Below, piece by piece: positions 48,982 to 62,145 of a DNA stretch of 64,000 nt. The stretch spans positions 930,001 to 994,000 of the forward strand of contig JANJGN010000052.1 of NCBI GenBank assembly GCA_026770705.1, written 5' to 3'. The position numbers and the translations under genes are program-made. Each line of letters starts with the position of its first letter. Within the stretch, counting starts at the first letter, position 1. Source of the stretch: Isurus oxyrinchus. Lineage: Eukaryota. The notes under the pieces are model-generated. The model ran no database searches. It saw nothing but the letters and a program-made list of their open reading frames with translations, and was not told the DNA's origin.

Positions 48982-50169
48982 CTGCAATAACACAATATGA
49001 CACTGTGGTTATCATATAGCAGAGAGTCAGTGCAGCACAGACATAGAGCACACTGTAACCTTACACCAATGACTGGACTGTCTCTTTAAATCACTTCTGC
49101 ACAAAGCACAGAATCTAGAATCTTGACACCATCCAGGACAAAGCAGCCCGATTGATCTACAACCCATCCCCCACATTAAACATTCACTCCCTCCACCATG
49201 AACACACAGTGGCAGCAGTGTGTGTACCATCTACAAGATGCACTGCAGCAACTCAGCAAGGCTCCTTCAACAGCACCTTCCAAACCCACGAACTCTACCA
49301 TCTAGAAGGACAAGGGCAGCAGACACATGGGAACACCACCACCTGGAAGTTCCCCTCCAAGTCACTCACCATCCTGACTTGGAAATATATCACCGTTCCT
49401 TCATTGTCGCTGGGTCAAAATCCTGGAACTCCCTCTCTAACAGCACTGTGGGTGTACCTACACCACATGGACCGCAGCGGGTCAAGAAGGCAGCTCACCA
49501 CCACCTTCTCAAGGGCAATTAGGGATGGGCATTAATGCTGACATCACCAGTGACAGACACATTCGATGAAAGAATTAAAAATCTCACAGCTCAATGTATT
49601 TATTGTGACCCTGCTGCACACACTCCCTGTCGAAGGAGCCTTTGTGGTTCTATTGTTAATCGAAGCAGATCAGAGTTACTACAACCACTTGCATTTATAG
49701 CACCTTCAATGTAGCAAAATGTCCTAAGGCTCATCTGGGGATTGTTAGTGACATCTTCACCTGACTCTGAGGCACATGAGGAGATATTAGGGACAGGAGA
49801 CCAACAGCTGAGTCAACAAAGTCAGTTATTAACGGGCATCTTAAAGGAGGAGCTGGAGATAGGGAATGAGAGACAGACACAGAAAGAAAGACAGAGACAG
49901 GGAGAGAGAGAGAGAGAGAGAGGGAGAGAGCGAGAGAGAGAGGGAGAGAGAGAGAGAGAGAGAGAAAGACAGTGAATCTCTATCCCCAATGGCTCAGCAT
50001 CCAGTCCTCTCTGGAGAAGCATTTCATTCCAAACCACACCAACCGCAGCCCAATTCCATCCCTTCCTCCCTCTTTCCCCCTCTCCCCCAGTGGGTGTTTC
50101 CTGTTCCCAGGAATCTCAATCACTACCCCCCACCCCCATACCTCCTCACTCACTCTCCCCATTTCTCAT

Positions 50170-50418
50170 TCAGTTATGCTCGAACCTGATCTGTGCGTAT
50201 TCCGTCTCCACTTCCCTGTGGACAGACCCATCACCACTGGACATCCTCAAGACTTGGGGATTGGCGTAGAGAAACTCTTCAGGTTTGTCAGGGTTCCCAT
50301 GTCCAACATCGCCTCCCACTGCATCTTCAGAGAGACCCCGGAGAGCTGGGGTCTCCCCCTCGCCAGTTGCGTCTCTCTTTGTGTTCTGGGGCTCAGTAAT
50401 CAGCACGTTCTGTTTACC
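50170..50418 (-). CDS. Locus S4 proximal last exon with disrupted ITIM (FLYANP) and ITSM (TEYAQI)
   Basis: ctgtag acceptor; phase 0; open to TGA at 50170-50172. Confidence 0.88.
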   Translation of the reverse strand, partial: GKQNVLITEPQNTKRDATGEGETPALRGLSEDAVGGDVGHGNPDKPEEFLYANPQVLRMSSGDGSVHREVETEYAQIRFEHN

Positions 50419-50928
50419 CTACAGAGAAATCGAAACAGAAGTTATCCTCACATCATTTACTGGCACTGATAGGGTTAAATTATTGTGCAGCCTTGTTAAT
50501 GTCAGTCGTGTCTCAGTTGGTTTAACCCTCTCTCTCATGTCATATGAAAGATACCACCTATGGCAGTGCAACGCTCCCTCAGGACTGACCCTCCGACAGT
50601 GCAGCACTCCCTCAGTACTGACCCTCCGACAGTGCAGCGCTCCCTCATTACTGACCCTCCGACAGTGCAGCGCTCCCTCAGTACTGACACTCCGACAGTG
50701 CAGCTCGCCCTCAGTACTGACCCTCCGACAGTGCAACACTCCCTCAGTACTGACCCTCTGTCAGTCTTGCACTCCCTCGGTAATGGTTCTGGTGAGTGAC
50801 AGTTGGATTCTGCACTCAAGTGTCTGGTGTGAAGCTCATTAACATGCACCTTGTAATCAGAGAGAGGATGAGAGAGAGAGAAAGAGAGAGAGAGAGAAAG
50901 AAAGGGAGGTTGGGATAGAGAGAGAGAC

Positions 50929-51683
50929 TGTCATGATGCGATTAATAAATATCATGTTATTGGAAATTATTTTTATTCACATCGGGGTTTAGTCTGTGGG
51001 TGTGTCTGTGTGTGTTTTAATTGGATTAAAGCCAGCCAGTCTGGGTATTTGATGTATAGTAGTTTTGAGATGTAAACTGAGGCATAAAAATTTGTATTTT
51101 TAAACAGAGCATTCAAAACCTGAGAGTGAAATCTTAAACCAATCAACATTTATTTTATTGATAAAATTGATACTATGACAGAGGATTTATTGTTTGAAGG
51201 GATGGAGTTCAAAGGTCCTGATGATACAATTAGAATTTACATTCAAAGAGAAGAGCTGGGTATAACTTGAGCAGTTTTGTGTGTGCAGAGCAGAGGCTTG
51301 TAACATCAAAGCAGCTGTAAGCCTACACCTGTCTGCAAAGGAACCAAAGTGAAAGGAACCTCATTTGGAATTTGTGAGGTGAAAATGCTTTGCCTGGGTG
51401 TCTGCTTAAATTCTATGGGTTATCTTAGAGGAGATTAGTTTGGGAATTTGTTAAAAAGTTATGATAATACTAGTTTGTAGCCATGTGCATATGTTTAACT
51501 TGTGTTAATTAATAAATGGCTCATGTAGTTTGATATAAAACCATCTCGAGAACTGGTGGTCTTATTCCTGAATTTAGAGCTGCATCTCAAACATTCCACT
51601 GGGAAATATAGGTTATGACAGTTGTTTAAAGTTTCCCTCTGGGATTTTAAACAACAGCCTTTACCAGTTGCTGTGTCATAACA
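50929..51683 (+). mobile_element. Solo LTR-like element
   Basis: TGTCATG...CATAACA inverted termini and internal AATAAA; no clean TSD seen. Confidence 0.65.
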
Positions 51684-51818
51684 GAGAGACAGCATGATAC
51701 TGAAACATTGCTGACTCCACAGGTACAAATCAGTGGGTAACTGGGCTGGGAATCTGGGACACGTGTTGTCTACACACTGAGATTGAAGCTTTGGAGTGAG
51801 TGTAAACAGCTCCTGTAC

Positions 51819-51900
51819 CTGGTGCTTCACAGAGAGTGAACTGGGGCTCAATGCAATGTCACTGGTCCCTGAAACTCTCTCCTCCATCGCTGTCTTTCTC
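51819..51900 (-). CDS. Locus S4 proximal first cytoplasmic exon (RKTAMEERVSGTSDIALSPSSLSVKHQ)
   Basis: ttgcag/gtac; 82 nt, phase 2 to 0. Confidence 0.85.
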
Positions 51901-52622
51901 CTGCAATAACACAATATCACACTGTGGTTATCATATAGCAGAGAGTCAGTGCAGCACAGACACAGAGCCCACTGTTAGCTTACACCAACGACTGGACTGT
52001 CTCTTTAAATCACTTCTGCACAAAGCACAGAATCAAGAAGCTTGACACCATCCACAACAAAGCAGCTCGATTGATCAACACCCCATCCACCACATTAAAC
52101 ATTCACTCCCTCCACCACGAACACACAGTGGAAGCAGTGTGTGTACCATCTACAAGATGCACTGCAGCAACTCAGCAAGGCTCCTTCAACAGCACCTTCC
52201 AAACCCACGACCTCTACCATCTAGAAGGACAAGGGCAGCAGACACATGGGAACACCACCACCTGGAAGTTCCCCTCCAAGTCACTCACCATCCTGACTTG
52301 GAATTATATCACCGTTCCTTCACTGTCGCTGGGTCAAAATCCTGGAACTCCCTCTCTAACAACACTGTGGGTGTACCTACACCACATAGACTGTAGTGGG
52401 TCAAGAAGGCAGCTCACCACCTCTTTCTCAAGGGGCAATTGGGAATGGGCAATTAGTATTGTCCACGCCAATGACAGCCACATTCGATGAAAGAATTTAA
52501 AATCTCACAGCTTAGGAGGAAGCCACTCAGCCCATCGTGCCTGTGCTGGCCTTTTGTAAAAACTGTCCAATTAGTCCTAAGCAAATGTTTAGATTAAAAT
52601 CAAGTTAAATCTTCAGACTTAC

Positions 52623-52719
52623 TTTCTCACACAGATGAAGATGAAGATTCCAGCCAGGAAAACACTCAACATGATCCCAGCCGTGAACAATCCTACTGTC
52701 CATTTACTGGAGTCTCTAC
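52623..52719 (-). CDS. Locus S4 transmembrane exon (GRDSSKWTVGLFTAGIMLSVFLAGIFIFICVRK), uncharged
   Basis: ttacag/gtaag; 97 nt, phase 1 to 2. Confidence 0.9.
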
Positions 52720-53239
52720 CTGTAAAAACAGCCATTAATTACTGCACTACAGGTTTACAATGATGCTCCGATGTATCTCGAGAAGCGATACACTCACTCA
52801 ATGTTTAAATACTCATTCTCGGGCAATGCTGACATTTATTGTCCATCCCTAGTTTCCCCTTGAGAAGGTGGTGGGGGGTCTTCCTCCTGAACCACTGGTT
52901 TGTCCCAAACTGGAAGACCAGTTCAGAGGGCAGGTAAGAGTTAACCATGTTGGTGTCTGAGACTGGAGTCACATATACACCCAGACCTGTTAAAATGGAC
53001 AGGTTTCGCTCCCTTAAGATCATTAGTGACCCATATTATATATGTAATTTCTATATATATGTATCAACTACCCTCCCTAAAATAATCAATTATCACCTCA
53101 ATTTCACGCTGTTGTTTGTGGGATCTTGCTGTGCACAAATCAGCTGTTGCGTTTCCAACATGATAACAGTGAGCTCACTTCGAAACTGCTTTACTGGTTA
53201 TCAAGAGTTTTGGGAATTCCTAAGTATTTTATCAACGCA

Positions 53240-53660
53240 AGTCTTATATTTCGATTTAATCCATGTAACATTTATATATAATATTTATCAATGTGATCCC
53301 TATAGCATAAATTTATAATATTTATCAATATAATCTATGTAACATTTATATATAATTTTTATCCATTTAATTTCTGTAATATTTATATATAATGTTTCTC
53401 GATTTAATCCATGTAACATTTATATATAATATTTATCAATGTAACATATGTAACATTTATATATAATATTTATCCATTTAATCTGTGTAACATTTATATA
53501 TAATTTTTATCAACGTAATCTATGTAACATTTATATAAAATGTTTCTCGATGCAATCGATGTAACATTTATATATAATATTTATCAATGTAATCTATGTA
53601 ACATTTATATATAATGTTTCTCGATGTAATCTATGTAATGTTTATATATAATATTTAGTC
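53240..53660. repeat. AT-rich minisatellite, ~37-bp unit
   Basis: Tandem tgtaacatttatatataatatttatcaatgtaatcta. Confidence 0.9.
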
Positions 53661-54005
53661 GTTTGGGAGGAGAACCTGAGTATTGCTGAGAAAGGACATT
53701 TTGTCAAAGCTTTCTGTCTTGCACCCAATGAAGCAGCTTATCTGGGGGAGAGGGTTCCAGATTTCCACTCCCCTTTGTGTGAAGAAGTGTTTCCTGACAT
53801 CACCCCCTGAACGGCCTGGCTCCAATTTGACCAAGTGTTGCCATTGTCACATGAGGTCAGGTGATTCAAAGCTTGGTCAAAGGGTTATGTTGTAAACAGC
53901 ATCTTAGAGGAGGTAGAGAGAGAGGTGGAGTGGTTGAGGGAGGGAATTCTCGAGTTTAGGGATCAATCCAGCTGAGTGGAGATCGATCCTGAGCGAGTCT
54001 CTCAC

Positions 54006-54299
54006 CTTTGACCCACAGATACATCTTGAACATGGCTTCCCCATGTGGGTTTTGAACCGAGCAGGATGCAATCACTCCCCCCTCATCCTGGGGTCTCATC
54101 AGGGTGAGGAAACCAGTCACCAGATGCCCATCTCTGACCTGCCACGACACAAAACCTCCGTGTGTTTGGTTACCACTGATGTTCGCACTGGGCAGGTGCC
54201 AGGTGAGGTCTCCGGGTGGGTTGGAGGTGGCCACACAGACGCAGGTGACCCCCTCTGATCTCCGAGTGCACTCCGACTGCTGGGAAATCTCCGGCTTAT
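54006..54299 (-). CDS. Locus S4 membrane-proximal Ig exon, MAG domain-5-like
   Basis: 294 nt, phase 1-1; KPEISQQSECTRRSEGVTCVCVATSNPP...CSVQNPHG; the S-x-C...C-x-C...SNP pattern matches MAG and fish Siglecs. Confidence 0.9.
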
Positions 54300-54899
54300 C
54301 TGAGGAGGGAAGGACAACAATGAGACAACGTCATAGCAAAGTTAGAGCGTAAGATAGAATCTTCACACTGAAACACTCATTCCTGCCTTTGTTACCTCTG
54401 CACTCAACTATCCCAACACTCTCCTGCCCGACCTCCCATCTTCCACTCTCCGTAAACATCAGCTCATCCCAAACTCTGCTGTCCCCATGTCCTAACTCAC
54501 ACCGAGTCCCGTTCACACATCACTCCCTGTTGGTCACTGAGCTACACTGGCTCCCGGTCCGACAATACCACAATTTTAAAATTAACATCGTTTCAAATCC
54601 CTCCTTACTCCCTCCCTATCTCTGTAACCTCCTCCAGAACCTTCAACCCTCCCTATCTCTGTAACCTCATCCAGCCGCTTCAACCCTCTCTATCTCTGTA
54701 ACCTCCTCCAGCCCCTACAACCTTCCTTATCTCTGTAAACTCCTCCAGCCTCTACAACCCTCCGAGATCTCGATGCACCTCCAATTCCAGCCTCTTGACC
54801 TTCCCCCGATTCCTATCGCTCCACCATTGGCAGCCGTGCCTTCAGCTGCCTGGATCCTAACCTCTGGAATTCCCTCCCTCATTTCTCACCTCCTTCGGA

Positions 54900-55960
54900 C
54901 AAAATCTGACCACCATCAAAAGCATCTTCCCTTCACCCCCACCCCGTTGGCATTCCACAGGGATCATTCCCTCCAGGACACCCTGGTCCACTCCTCCATC
55001 ACCCCTAGCACCTCAACCCTCTCCGATGACATCTTCCCATGTATTTGCAGAAGGTGCAACACCTGCCCCTTTACTTCCTCCCCCCTCACTGTCCAATGAC
55101 CCAAACACTCCTTCCAGGTGAAGTAGCGCTTCATGCAGACTTCCTTCAATATAATCTACTGCATTCATTGCTCCCAGTGTGGTTTCCTCTACATTGGAGA
55201 CACCAAACACAGACTGGGTGATCGCTCTGATGAACACCTTCGGTCTGTCCACAAGCATGACCCAGACCTCCCTGTCGCTTGCCATTTTAACACCCCACCC
55301 TGCTCTCTTACCCACATGTCCGTCCTTGGCCTGCTGCATTGTTCCAGTGAAGCCCAACGCAAACTGGAGGAACAGCACCTCATCTTCCGACCAGGCACTT
55401 TACAGCCTTCCGGACTGAATATTGAGATCAACAATTCCTGGTCATGAACTCTCTCCTCGATCTTCACTGCTTTTTGAACTTTTGTTTATGTATTCATTTT
55501 AATTGTTTTATTTGTTAACTGTTTTCCACTTATTTTTATTATTACTATTTGAAATTCATTTCCATTTTTCTTGATTGTTTTATCCGCAGATTTTAGTCTA
55601 TTTTCGATCTTTATTCCCTCCACCGTCCCCTCCCCCTGCCACACCCCCACGAGGGCCATCTGTCTCTTTCCAGAGTGCTTACCCTGGTCCGCCCATTATC
55701 ACACTCTGCTTAATGTCACCATTAGCACCTCCTTTATCCAATACCACCACTGTTAACAACCCTTTGACCTTTTGTTTATGACACCTTCCACAATCTCTCC
55801 ATTGCCTCCACCTATCGCTGGTTTTCTATCCAGCTCCACCTGTCCCATGGCCCCTCCTTAGACAGGATATATTTCACCACATGTCTACTTCCCTTTAGCT
55901 CTGAAGAGGAGTCATACAGACTCCAAACGCTAACCCTGTCTTTCTCTCCACAGATGCTGC
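54900..55960 (+). mobile_element. Penelope-like element fragment with GIY-YIG endonuclease
   Basis: NIIYCIHCSQCGFLYIGDTKHRLGDRSDEH...VACHFN...LEEQHLIF..GTLQPSGLN. Confidence 0.92.
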
Positions 55961-56291
55961 CAGATGCTCAGAATCAGCTGGATGGACAGAAAGACCAATG
56001 AGTGGCTTAGATCAAGAGGAGACGTTCAGCAATTAAAAGGGTTGTTCAGGACAGTTAGAGATAGAAAGGTCGTCAAGTACAGAGATTTGAAACGAAGACC
56101 TGACAGCCTTGTCCTCACAACCATTGAAGGAGAAACTGAGAGCAAAAACAGAAAGGGAGAGGAAAAATTGGGTGTGTGGATAACGTGGACTGAGCGAGGA
56201 TTGAAGAAAACTGGATTAAAAACAACACGATCCCAATGGCTCCACGGAGACCACAGAGACAACAAACAAACAAATGTATCTCCACACTCAC

Positions 56292-56573
56292 GTTCCACAG
56301 TGATGGTTATGAACCCCTCCACTGCTCCATGTTCATTCTCTGCCACACACTGATAGTCTCCAGTGTCCCTGGATGTAACGTGAGGAATCACCAACCACAG
56401 CTCATTGTTGGAACTTGTTCTGTTCATTGGGACATTAAGATGTCGCCACGTCAGGTTAGAAGCTGGGAAGCTCTCGACAGAGCAGATTATCACTGCAGAA
56501 TTCCCCTCAATTATATTGATCGATGAAGCGTTAATCATATCAAGAGAAGTAATTGAGAGATTCTGTGGTGCAT
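56292..56573 (-). CDS. Locus S4 C2-set exon (domain 3)
   Basis: ttttag/gtgag; 282 nt; near-identical to 23626-23907. Confidence 0.92.
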
Positions 56574-57439
56574 CTAAAAATATATAAAGATTTTAATGTG
56601 AGCAAACACAGTGCACAGCAAAACTTCCTGTATCTTCTCGCTGTAACTGATGCCTGTGTGCATTTCTAGGCACCCTCTCTCAAGATAAGTTCCTATGTCA
56701 CATTTACAATGGGCACTGCCTATGTAAACTGTCACACTGCAGGAGCATTCTCCCACCAGAGACCCTGCCCATCCAGATTTAAAGAAACAGCCTTTCACAT
56801 CCTCAGAATGTCCCCAAGGGCTTGACAGGCAATGAATTATATTTGATCGATGGAGCACTGAGGGGTAAATCTACAATTCTCTGTTCAGGAGGTTGCTCAT
56901 CCAATTCAGGGTCTTGTTGATCTGGAGTTTACCTTCCTTCAGCACAGAATCGGAGCTGACACCGAGACTCCAGTGCAGCACTGAGAGAGGAGAGGGAACT
57001 CACATGTGTGTATGTGTGTGTGTGTGTTTGTGTTTCTGTACAAGTGAGTGTGTTTGTGTGTGTGTATGTGTGTGTGTGTGTGTTTGTGTTTCTGCACAAG
57101 TGATTNNNNNNNNNNNNNNNNNNNNNNNNNNNNNNNNNNNNNNNNNNNNNNNNNNNNNNNNNNNNNNNNNNNNNNNNNNNNNNNNNNNNNNNNNNNNNNN
57201 NNNNNNNNNNNNNNNNNNNNNNNNNNNNNNNNNNNNNNNNNNNNNNNNNNNNNNNNNATGTGCGTGCTTACGTGTGTGTGTGTGTGTGTGCATGTGTGTG
57301 TGCGTGTGTGTGTTGTGTGTGTGCACGTGTGCGTGTGAATGTGCGTGCTTACATGTGTGTGTGTGTCTGTTGGTGTGTGTCTGGTCTGTGTAACCTGTAA
57401 ACCTAACCCTTCCACACTGATGGTCACAAACATCCCCCA

Positions 57440-58450
57440 CTACCAACAAATTTATCTCAGTAAGGAACATGGCACTGCCAACCTCGTCAATACCATCTTC
57501 TAAACAGGGGATTGGGTAGGAATCTGGTTTTATTGCTGCATTAACCTTGCTGTAATCTATGCAGAATCTGGTTGGAAATGAAATACCTGCTCCTTTTTAC
57601 CTCCCTCCCTACGATGGTATCGTTTTAACATATTGATGTGTCACAGCCGATTCTTTATTCTACAATCTGGGGTGTCTATCAAATAATTTACTTGACCAAC
57701 CCTCCTAATTACCTTGTAGGGACCACTGAACTGCGCTTTCAGAGGCTCCCCCTGCCAAGGCAATGATACTAACAAGTCATCCCCCTGGTTGAGATGTTCG
57801 GGTCACAGCTTGCCTGTCTGCCCCATTCCTTCATCTCTGTTTGAGAAACTATAAGATGTTCTTGTGCCACTTTGGAGGCTCCCATGAGCCGTTCCTGAAA
57901 CATGGACATATCATCTGAAATAGAGGATTCATCCCTCTGTCAGGAATATCTTTCTTTGATGTATTTCAGACAGCCTCTTATCTCGTGTCCATAAGTTATT
58001 CCAAAAAGACTAAAACCTACCGATTCAGTTGGTGAATCTTGTGTGGGAAATACAAGAAAATCCAGTCCTTTGTCCCAGTCATGGGGAGTTCATGACAATA
58101 GCTTCAATCATTGTTTTGAGGGTTTGTTGGTCCCTCTCTAAAGATCCCTGTGTCTATGGATGATATGCTGCGGACTTTAACTGTTTTATACCCAAATTAC
58201 TCATTATGTTCGGAAAATTTTAAGACATAGAGATGGAACCTTGATCTGACTGGATCTCCAGCGGTAATCCATAATGGGTAAAAAAATTGGGTTAACTTCC
58301 CTATTCCTACTTTAGCTGTAATTGTTCCTAAAGGGATGGTCTCTGGAAATCGATTTGTCATATCCATCATAGTAAGGCCATACTGGAGTCTGGCTTTCAT
58401 TTTCGATAATGGTCTAACACAGTCCACTAATGCTCGTATCCAATGGTAAC
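57440..58450 (-). mobile_element. Gypsy pol fragment with integrase upstream of RT (Gmr1-like order)
   Basis: IN core LTMMDMTNRFPETIPL (~58380), then LKAQFSGPYKV (~57730), then RT RFCIDYSKVNAAIKPDSYPIP (~57570). Confidence 0.82.
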
Positions 58451-58589
58451 GGACAATTAGCTCACTGGAGGAGGGGAATCCACAAATATCCCCATCCTCA
58501 ATGAAGGGGGAGCCCAGCACATCAGGGCAAAAGATAAGGCTGAAGCATTTGCTACAACAATTATCCATTTCTGTCTGGCGTAAAAATAA

Positions 58590-60620
58590 GTCAGGAAATG
58601 GTGCTCAACCAGGGCTTACAAAAGAAATTAGGGATAGTATTAGATCCAGAGAGGAGACATAAAATTGCCAGGGGAAGCAGCAATGCTGAGGATTGGGAGC
58701 AGTTTAGAATTCAGCAAAAGTGGACAAAAAGATTGATCAAGAAGGGGAAAATGGAACATGGGAGTAAACTTGCAGGGAACGTAAAAACCGACTGTAAAAG
58801 CTTCTATAAATATGTGAAGAGAGAAAGATTAGCAGTGACCGATGTAGGTTCCTTGCAGTCAGAAAGGGGGGAAATTCTAATGAGAAACAAAGAAATGGCA
58901 GAAGAACTGAACATATATTTTGGTTCTGTCTTCACAAAAGAGGACACAAATAATTTCCCAGGAATGTTAGGGAACCAAGTGTCTAGTGAGAGGGAGGAAT
59001 TGAAGATAATCAGGATTAGTTTTAAAAAATGAATCTGGAGAGATTAATGGGTTAAAGGTTGAACAGTCCCCAGGGCCTGAAAATCTACATCCCAGAGACT
59101 AACGGAAGTGACCCTGGAAATATTGGAAGCACTGGTGGTCATCCTCCAAAATTCTATAGGCTCTGGAGCAGTTCCTATAGATTGGAGGGTGGCAATTGTA
59201 ACTCCACTATTTAAAATAGAAGGGAGAGAAAAAAACTGGGAATTACAGATCAGTTAGTCTAACATGGGGAAAACGCTAGAGCCTATTATATAAGGTGTGC
59301 TAATGGAACGCTTGGAAAGCTTTAATGGGATTCGACAAAATCAGCATGGGTTAATGAAAGGAAAATCATGGTTAACTAATCTATTGGAGATTTTGAAGAT
59401 GTAACGAGTAGAATAGATAAGGGATAACCAGTGGATGTGGTGTATTTAGACTTCAAGAAGGCTTTTGATAAGGTCCTACATGAGGCTAGTGCGCAACATT
59501 AAAGCCCATGGGATTGCGGGTAATTTACTGGCATGGATTGAGAATTGGTCGATAGACAGGAAACAGAGGGTCAGAATAAATTAGTCTTTATCTGAGTGGC
59601 AGGCGGTGACTAGTGGTATACCACAGGGATCCGTGCTTGGGACCTAACTATTCATGATATATATAAATGACTTGGGTGAGGGAGCCAAGTGCAATATTTC
59701 CAGGTTTTCTGATGACACAACGCTGGGTAAGGGTGTGAGCTGTGAGGAGGATGCAAAGAGGCTTCAAGGCGATTTAGACAAGTTGTGTGTGTGGGCAAAC
59801 ACATGGCAGATGATGTGGATGAATGTGACATTGTAGGCTTTGGTGTGAAAAACAGAAAGGCAGAGTATTATTTAAATGGTGATATATTGCGAAATGTGGA
59901 TGTACAAAGGGATCTGGGTGTCCTTGTGCACTAGCCAATGAAAGTAAACAGGCAGGTGCAGCAAGTAATTCGGAAGGCAAATGGTATGTTGGCCTTCATT
60001 GCAAGAGGATTTGTGTTCAGGAGTAGGGATGTCTCACTGCAGTTATACAAGGTCTTGGTGAGACTGCACATGGGGTACTACGTGCCGTTTTGGTCTCCCT
60101 CCCTAAAAAAGGATAGACTTGCCGTCGAGAGAGCGCAGAGAAGGTTCTCTAGGCTGATACCAGGGGCGGCAGGACTGTCGTATGAGGAGAATTGGTACGA
60201 CTGGGTCTGTATTCACTAGAGTTTAGAAGAATGAGAGGAGACCTGAATAAACGTAAGAAATTCTAACAGAGATAGACAGACTGGATGGAGGGAGGATGCA
60301 TCCCTTGGTTGGGGAGTCTAAAACCAAGGGCGACAATCTCAGGATACAGGACAGTCCATTTTGGACTGAGATAGGGAAACATTTCTTCACTCAGAGGGTG
60401 GTCAATCTGTGGAATTCTCCATCACAGAGGCTGTGGAGGCCGGGTCACTGAGTGTATTCAAGAAAGAAACTGATAAATATTTTGATATTAGGGGCATCAA
60501 AGGGTACGGAGAGAAAGCGGGAATAAGGCTTTGAGATAGAGGGTCAGCCTTGATCATATTGAATGGCGGAGAAGGCTTGAAGGGCTGAATGTCCTAATCG
60601 TGCTCCTAGTTTCTATGTAC
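58590..60620 (+). mobile_element. CR1 LINE, 5'-truncated and degenerate
   Basis: KSFYKYV...EMAEELNIYFGSVFT, IYINDL...FSDDT and CR1 3' end. Confidence 0.95.
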
Positions 60621-60990
60621 CTAGGTATCTATAGAACTATCTCTCTCCGTGTTCTATTCTCATGTGACCTTGAGTAATTAATGATAAATACTATCTATTT
60701 ACATTTTTAATATTAAACTTTTATACTACATCTCCCCCAAAATCTTTGACATCAATGAAGACAATATTTATATTATCCTATATTGTCTTTTAAGTTCAAC
60801 CTTGGCCCCCTCTGCCTTATCAGGTAGGCATAAACAATCCCAAGGCTTAATACAGGAAGAGCTCTCCCTGGTCAATATCACTAATAAAAAAGGACCTGTT
60901 TTGTCTTCAACCCAGTGATGTTTGTGGGATCTTGCTCTGCACATTGTATCCTATTACAGCTAATATAGAATCAAGGGTGTCAGTACTTAC

Positions 60991-61287
60991 CTTGTACAGT
61001 TAGTACAAGGGTCCGCTCCGATGAAACAGATGGATATCTCACTCTGCAGCAGAGAGTGTGTCCGTGGTGTTTGAGTGATGGGGTCAGGGTCAGAACAGAA
61101 GTATAGGTCAGAGTGACACCATGCTGAGTTACAGTGTTTGAGACTGATCCAGGTACGTCAGTGGGAGTGTCCCAGGTTAAGACAGGTGCAGCTGTTCCAT
61201 TGCACGTTGTGTTGAAGGTGCAGCTTACATCCACACGCTTTCCTGCAATAATTTCAGCAGGGAATATCGTGGGTTTATCTGTGAAAT
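60991..61287 (-). CDS. Locus S4 C2-set exon (domain 2)
   Basis: gttag/gtaag; 297 nt; DFTDKPTIFP...VSCTFNTTCNG...LTW...SVLTLTPSLKHHGHTLCC. Confidence 0.92.
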
Positions 61288-62145
61288 CTAACAGACAGAG
61301 AATGGATCCTTTTAGAGAAATATAATGTGAAGCATCAGTTCAAATAGAAACCACAGTCCCACAAGAGAAAGCACTTTTACAAGGATGATATGAGAACTGA
61401 GAGGTTACAATGATCAGGAAAGATTTTCTTGCTCTTTGGCAGTAGTGTTTCTGTCTCTCAGCTTAATACACGTTCACTCCGAGACATGTGAATTGAGAAC
61501 ACTGGATGAGAGAAGAGGCTGAGACCAGAGATTGGAGTTAAAAGCAGAATACTGCGGATGCTGGAAATCTGAAACAAAAACAAAAATTGCTGGAAAGACT
61601 CAGCAGGTCTGACAGTATCAGTGGAGAGGAAGACAGGGTTAACGTTTCGAGTCCGTATGACTCTTCATCAGACCAGAGGTTTGAGTTCACTGGCTTCTCA
61701 TTTCCTCAGTGATCTAGGTGATTTAGCACCTTGTGGTTTGTTGGATCTTGCTGTGCACAAACTGCCTGCTGTGTTTTACATCTGTGACTACAATTCAGGA
61801 ATAATTTCATTGGCTGTGAATGGATTTGGATCCTCCTGAGGTGGTAAATTGCGCTGCAGAAATGCACATCTTTCTTTTATCGATACGTCAGACTTTTAAA
61901 CAGGACAGGAGAGATTGATGGGAGTGGTAACCTGATAATACAGTTAATGCTTTTCATCATTGATATTAAAGTGAGTATTAGACGTTGCTTTAGGACTGAA
62001 CTGGAAGCTATCACCAGGTTATTGAGAATCAGACAGTGTGTTATAATAAGCTGTGTTTTGTGTTAATATGTAAATGTCACAGTTTGTGTTATTTCCCATT
62101 GAGTGTTGAATGTGAATTGTTGAGTAATTATAACACAGCACTTAC

